A stretch of DNA of 64,000 nt. It comes from Chloroflexota bacterium (GTDB lineage Bacteria > Chloroflexota > Anaerolineae > B4-G1 > SLSP01). Numbering within the stretch: the first letter of the stretch is position 1; every line of letters starts with the position of its first letter. Shown here in pieces: positions 62,101 through 64,000 of the stretch. The notes under the pieces are model-generated. The model ran no database searches. It saw nothing but the letters and a program-made list of their open reading frames with translations, and was not told the origin of the DNA. Location of the stretch: positions 22,522 through 86,521 of the forward strand of contig DAIUDK010000001.1 in NCBI GenBank assembly GCA_036845725.1, given 5' to 3'. The position numbers and the translations under genes are program-made.

Positions 62101-64000
62101 GGCCTGGTATTCCAGCAGATCGGCCAGCGCCATCGCCTGGAAGGCATCTCGGGTTACGCGCAGATAGCTGTAGCCCAGGTTGGTCAGCGCCGTCTCCATA
62201 GCCGTCGCTGGGGTGGTGTCATACGCGACGACCAGGACATCCTCGCCGGCCGTCGGCGCCATCACCTGGAAGCCACCCGATTTCTCCCGCACCTCCCAGT
62301 CAAGATCCGCCGCGCCTGTGTTAGACACGGTGATCGGCAGCGTGGTGCTCACGCCCATCGCCACGGTAACGTGCGCGTCGGCGGGTGTCACGCTCATGCA
62401 CGGCGCTTCGGAGCTAAGATCGAAGTCCTGTATTGTGGTCATGCCAGAGATAACTTCGACATCGGCCACAAACTCCGTCACATAGCCGTCCGCGTCTACC
62501 GTGATGGTGACAGGGCTGTGCGCCTCATCCAGCCAGAGGGCGTAAGCGCCGTCAGCGTCGGTCAGTAACGTCCAGGTCTGGGTCGCACTTTGGATCGTGA
62601 CTTCCGCGCCTTCCAACGCCTCAGCGGTCGCCGGGTCATCGCACGGGCCAAGGCCCATGACGGTGCCGGTGATCTGACCGTAGGTTTCGGGGAGCGTGAC
62701 GTGCATGGTCACGGGGATGCTGAATCCGTCCCACACGGGGTCGCTGTTGTTGACGGTCAGGACGCCGGCATAGGTGCCGGGCTGCGTCACTTCAGGCACG
62801 CCCGCGTCGAAGGTGATGTCGGCTACACCACTCGTCGCAGACGGCACCGCGCCCGATTCTGGATCTTCGAAGAGCCAGGGGATATCAGCTGCCTCAAGCA
62901 ATTGGATGGACAGCTCGGTAGCCCCATCATAGTTCCAACCAGACCCGGGCACTGTCGCAGCCCACACTGAGCCGGTCAAACCGTTCACCGGATCCAGATC
63001 GCCAGTCTCCCAGAAGAAATCGTCTGTGCCAGTCCCGGTGTTGTTGTAGATCTCGATCCAGTAGTTTCCGGGCGCCAGAATCACTGGGGAAGCCAGGGTC
63101 AACGTATGCATCCACTCATGCACGCCGAACAGCACTACGCCGGTTTGAACGCGCTCGTAATCCACATTGGTCTCGACGTAGATATTCGCGCCCGGTAAGC
63201 CGGCATCATCAGAGTGGAAGATGACCGTAAGGTTATCCGGATCGATGGGTGTGTCGGTAGAGTAATAGCCGGTCCAGAAGACGATCTGACCGATAGCTTT
63301 CCCCTCACTCAGAGTAAAGTTCTCAGCTATGGCCTGCGCGCCAGTAGAACAGTTATCACAACCGGCATCGCTGAAGAGGCCATTATCCTGGTTCGGGATC
63401 TGGTCCAGCAGGGTCGACGCCGAAGTCGCCAGCGGTGCAGACGCGTGTCCGACCACCTCAGCCTCGGAATATTGCAACAGGCTATGCGCCTGTCCATCCG
63501 AAGCAGCCGGCGGTTGATACGGCGTTAACGTTCGCAACGTCGGGACAAAGCCGGCGGTCACCTCCGAGAAGGCGAAGTCCAGCGCGCCCGCGCCGTCGTT
63601 GGTCATCGTCAGCGGCAGGGTCGTGCTCATCCCCATCGCCACGGTGACTTCCATAGCGGACGGTTCGATGCTGGTCACGCACGGACCGAGCCAGGTCAGG
63701 CTGAAGTCCTGCGCGACTGCGCCAGAAGCGGGTACGGCCACCACCGCGGAAGCGCCAACGTGATCAGCAGCCGCAACGGTGACGGTGTAAGTCCCGTTCA
63801 GGAGCCAGTAGCTATACGCGCCAGCCGCATCTGTGGTCAGGGTGACGACAGCCGTACCGCCGGCCTCCCAGATGACGACTTCTGCGCCTTCCAGCGCAGC
63901 GGTCGTCACATCACAGTGACCCAGGCTGGAGACGACGCCGGCCACCTGCCCCCAGGAAGCGGGCGGCGTGACGGTCATCGTCACCGGCAGGATGATGGGC
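59197..64000 (-). CDS. Giant secreted multidomain protein (over 1590 aa; N-terminus outside the window) with a five-fold repeated CarboxypepD_reg-like plus 'SVPEVTQPGDY' module, and a conserved C-terminal YLPLVMR tail
   Basis: Open to the window end. Repeats of WG.I.G.V.GLG.CD....LEGA.V.I......TDA.G.Y..WL..G.YT.T and DASVPEVTQPG.Y.A.L.......IPVTMTV. Ends ...VMHTIYLPLVMRNAQ. Confidence 0.6.
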   Translation of the reverse strand, partial: PIILPVTMTVTPPASWGQVAGVVSSLGHCDVTTAALEGAEVVIWEAGGTAVVTLTTDAAGAYSYWLLNGTYTVTVAAADHVGASAVVAVPASGAVAQDFSLTWLGPCVTSIEPSAMEVTVAMGMSTTLPLTMTNDGAGALDFAFSEVTAGFVPTLRTLTPYQPPAASDGQAHSLLQYSEAEVVGHASAPLATSASTLLDQIPNQDNGLFSDAGCDNCSTGAQAIAENFTLSEGKAIGQIVFWTGYYSTDTPIDPDNLTVIFHSDDAGLPGANIYVETNVDYERVQTGVVLFGVHEWMHTLTLASPVILAPGNYWIEIYNNTGTGTDDFFWETGDLDPVNGLTGSVWAATVPGSGWNYDGATELSIQLLEAADIPWLFEDPESGAVPSATSGVADITFDAGVPEVTQPGTYAGVLTVNNSDPVWDGFSIPVTMHVTLPETYGQITGTVMGLGPCDDPATAEALEGAEVTIQSATQTWTLLTDADGAYALWLDEAHSPVTITVDADGYVTEFVADVEVISGMTTIQDFDLSSEAPCMSVTPADAHVTVAMGVSTTLPITVSNTGAADLDWEVREKSGGFQVMAPTAGEDVLVVAYDTTPATAMETALTNLGYSYLRVTRDAFQAMALADLLEYQAVFYAGGYSGDSWAKALAYLDAGGSFLIADNDLGYSNRTAPTTFYQTYLQSTYVSDSGSDGQLTGLDIMAGIDPDISADPYPDDFTVGAEGTCIFDAPSLNCAGIKVERLGYKAIYLAWDFYYAGGSAVGDPVETAIVERAMDFLAAGGVPWLDEDPTSGTVAPDATAPVTLTFDASVPEVTQPGDYYATLTFKGSNEIVMPVTMTVEPPATWGKIGGLVQGLGYCNAMTMPLEGAVIFVESTVTTDTWAVETDAAGIYGIWIDGMYSPFTVTISYEAGYDAQVFTGVEIAGGEVTTQNADLLFMQPCITVAPDALAVSVEMGAVTTVDLNLANLGAFTGTFEIDERSLGFDILGPLAAGGPDGFGYEFADSNSAGVGPAYGFVDISGIGTPVTLGDNDSVEVDIGFDFKFYGDSDVDPNLYDSVFVNSNGFLSFGAGSTDLSPDALPSPTLPNNLIAVAWDDLLPGTVYVQNFPQCPYNPAGTAVDACFIVQYDDFTHAGGAPAGTFQAILFRSGSILMQYETVDAPDASTGIEDALGIVGLNYGPALADELAICFAYPGEETNCRSDQVTWLSVDVDEGDIAAHDDATVVVTLDASVPEVTLPGDYLAELWVETNDPQQALFVIPVTMTVLQAAQVRLEGVVTAWSQCDEVSETLEGVQVAVSTSSGDSFILTTGADGTYAAWLATGDAYTITVSHPGYVPVTANGTAQTGMLPRNVSLRIDLPCVSVTPTSFDETLPKERTLTRTLTIHNVGAGDFAYDDISGSSLWLSVAPKTGVVPADSSVPVVLTFDSTGLVAGDVYSTVLEIAHTNAAVERLFVRPVRLTVLDEPAVRVDVVKTADPADFVLPGELITYTVVFTNSYDMPLDLTASDPVPANTTYVLGSVSGATVADPPGNAVTWAGSLEAGATVTFSFVVRVNDDVELGTLITNTVTVTANDLPFTAEAVVRVGRVMHTIYLPLVMRNAQ

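Noticed and set aside
60346-62568. A 740-aa plus-strand ORF antisense to the 59197 giant-protein gene; similar ORFs at 56827-58842 and 50850-51857
   Set aside because: Gly/Arg/Asp/His-rich low-complexity translations opposite strongly supported repeat-domain genes. No start context.

Overview
This 64 kb window is high-GC (about 60-65%) bacterial chromosome. Gene content, Arg/Ala-rich proteins and several family assignments suggest a filamentous Chloroflexota-type organism; that is an inference from the sequence only. About 49 credible genes are present, most on the minus strand. Many opposite-strand ORFs in the track are high-GC frame artefacts and are not reported.

Layout, from left to right:
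(i) 1-11 kb, a cell-envelope polysaccharide/glycosylation block. It holds a GT4 glycosyltransferase fragment, a TPR protein, a lipoprotein, a split CapA/CapB-type Wzz plus BY-kinase-like ATPase, a zinc-ribbon protein, an APH-fold kinase and two very large polytopic GT-C-like membrane proteins (a PMT/ArnT-like protein and a DUF2298 'Chlor_Arch_YYY'-type protein).
(ii) 11-33 kb, housekeeping genes. These are comEA, a DUF697 GTPase, a GAF/PAS sensor histidine kinase, ftsK, two S1-domain proteins, a 7TM-HTH sensor, a GNAT acetyltransferase, PNP, xerC, a GT28 MGDG-synthase-like enzyme, DUF951, gmk, an FmdB-type zinc ribbon, an SDR, infA, prmA and a dnaJ-grpE-hrcA heat-shock operon. The operon has a perfect CIRCE operator and no dnaK.
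(iii) 33-43 kb. This holds a kdgK-eda pair, a GH8 hydrolase, an alpha/beta hydrolase, a DUF385 oxidoreductase, a WD40 protein, DUF3592, a second GT4, a P-loop kinase, rnhB and a TPR protein.
(iv) 44-47 kb. This holds uvrA, which has a GAAC-N4-GTTC SOS-box-like palindrome upstream.
(v) 47.5-64 kb, a cluster of four consecutive giant secreted proteins: an S8 subtilase, an M14 carboxypeptidase and two adhesin-like proteins of 1800 and more than 1590 residues. All four end in the same short C-terminal tail, [Y/I/V]-Y-L-P-[LV]-[VI]-[LIM]-[RK], which matches no sorting signal I know.

Other noteworthy signals:
- a GrpE with a metallothionein-like Cys-cluster tail;
- a family of intergenic palindromic, MITE/REP-like elements with AACCACGAAT / ATTCGTGGTT termini;
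- tandem GACTWWN heptad arrays with 7-nt periodicity sitting directly 5' of several start codons, sometimes in place of a Shine-Dalgarno;
- a BY-kinase homologue lacking the C-terminal tyrosine cluster.

No rRNA, tRNA, CRISPR array, transposase or prophage was recognised.
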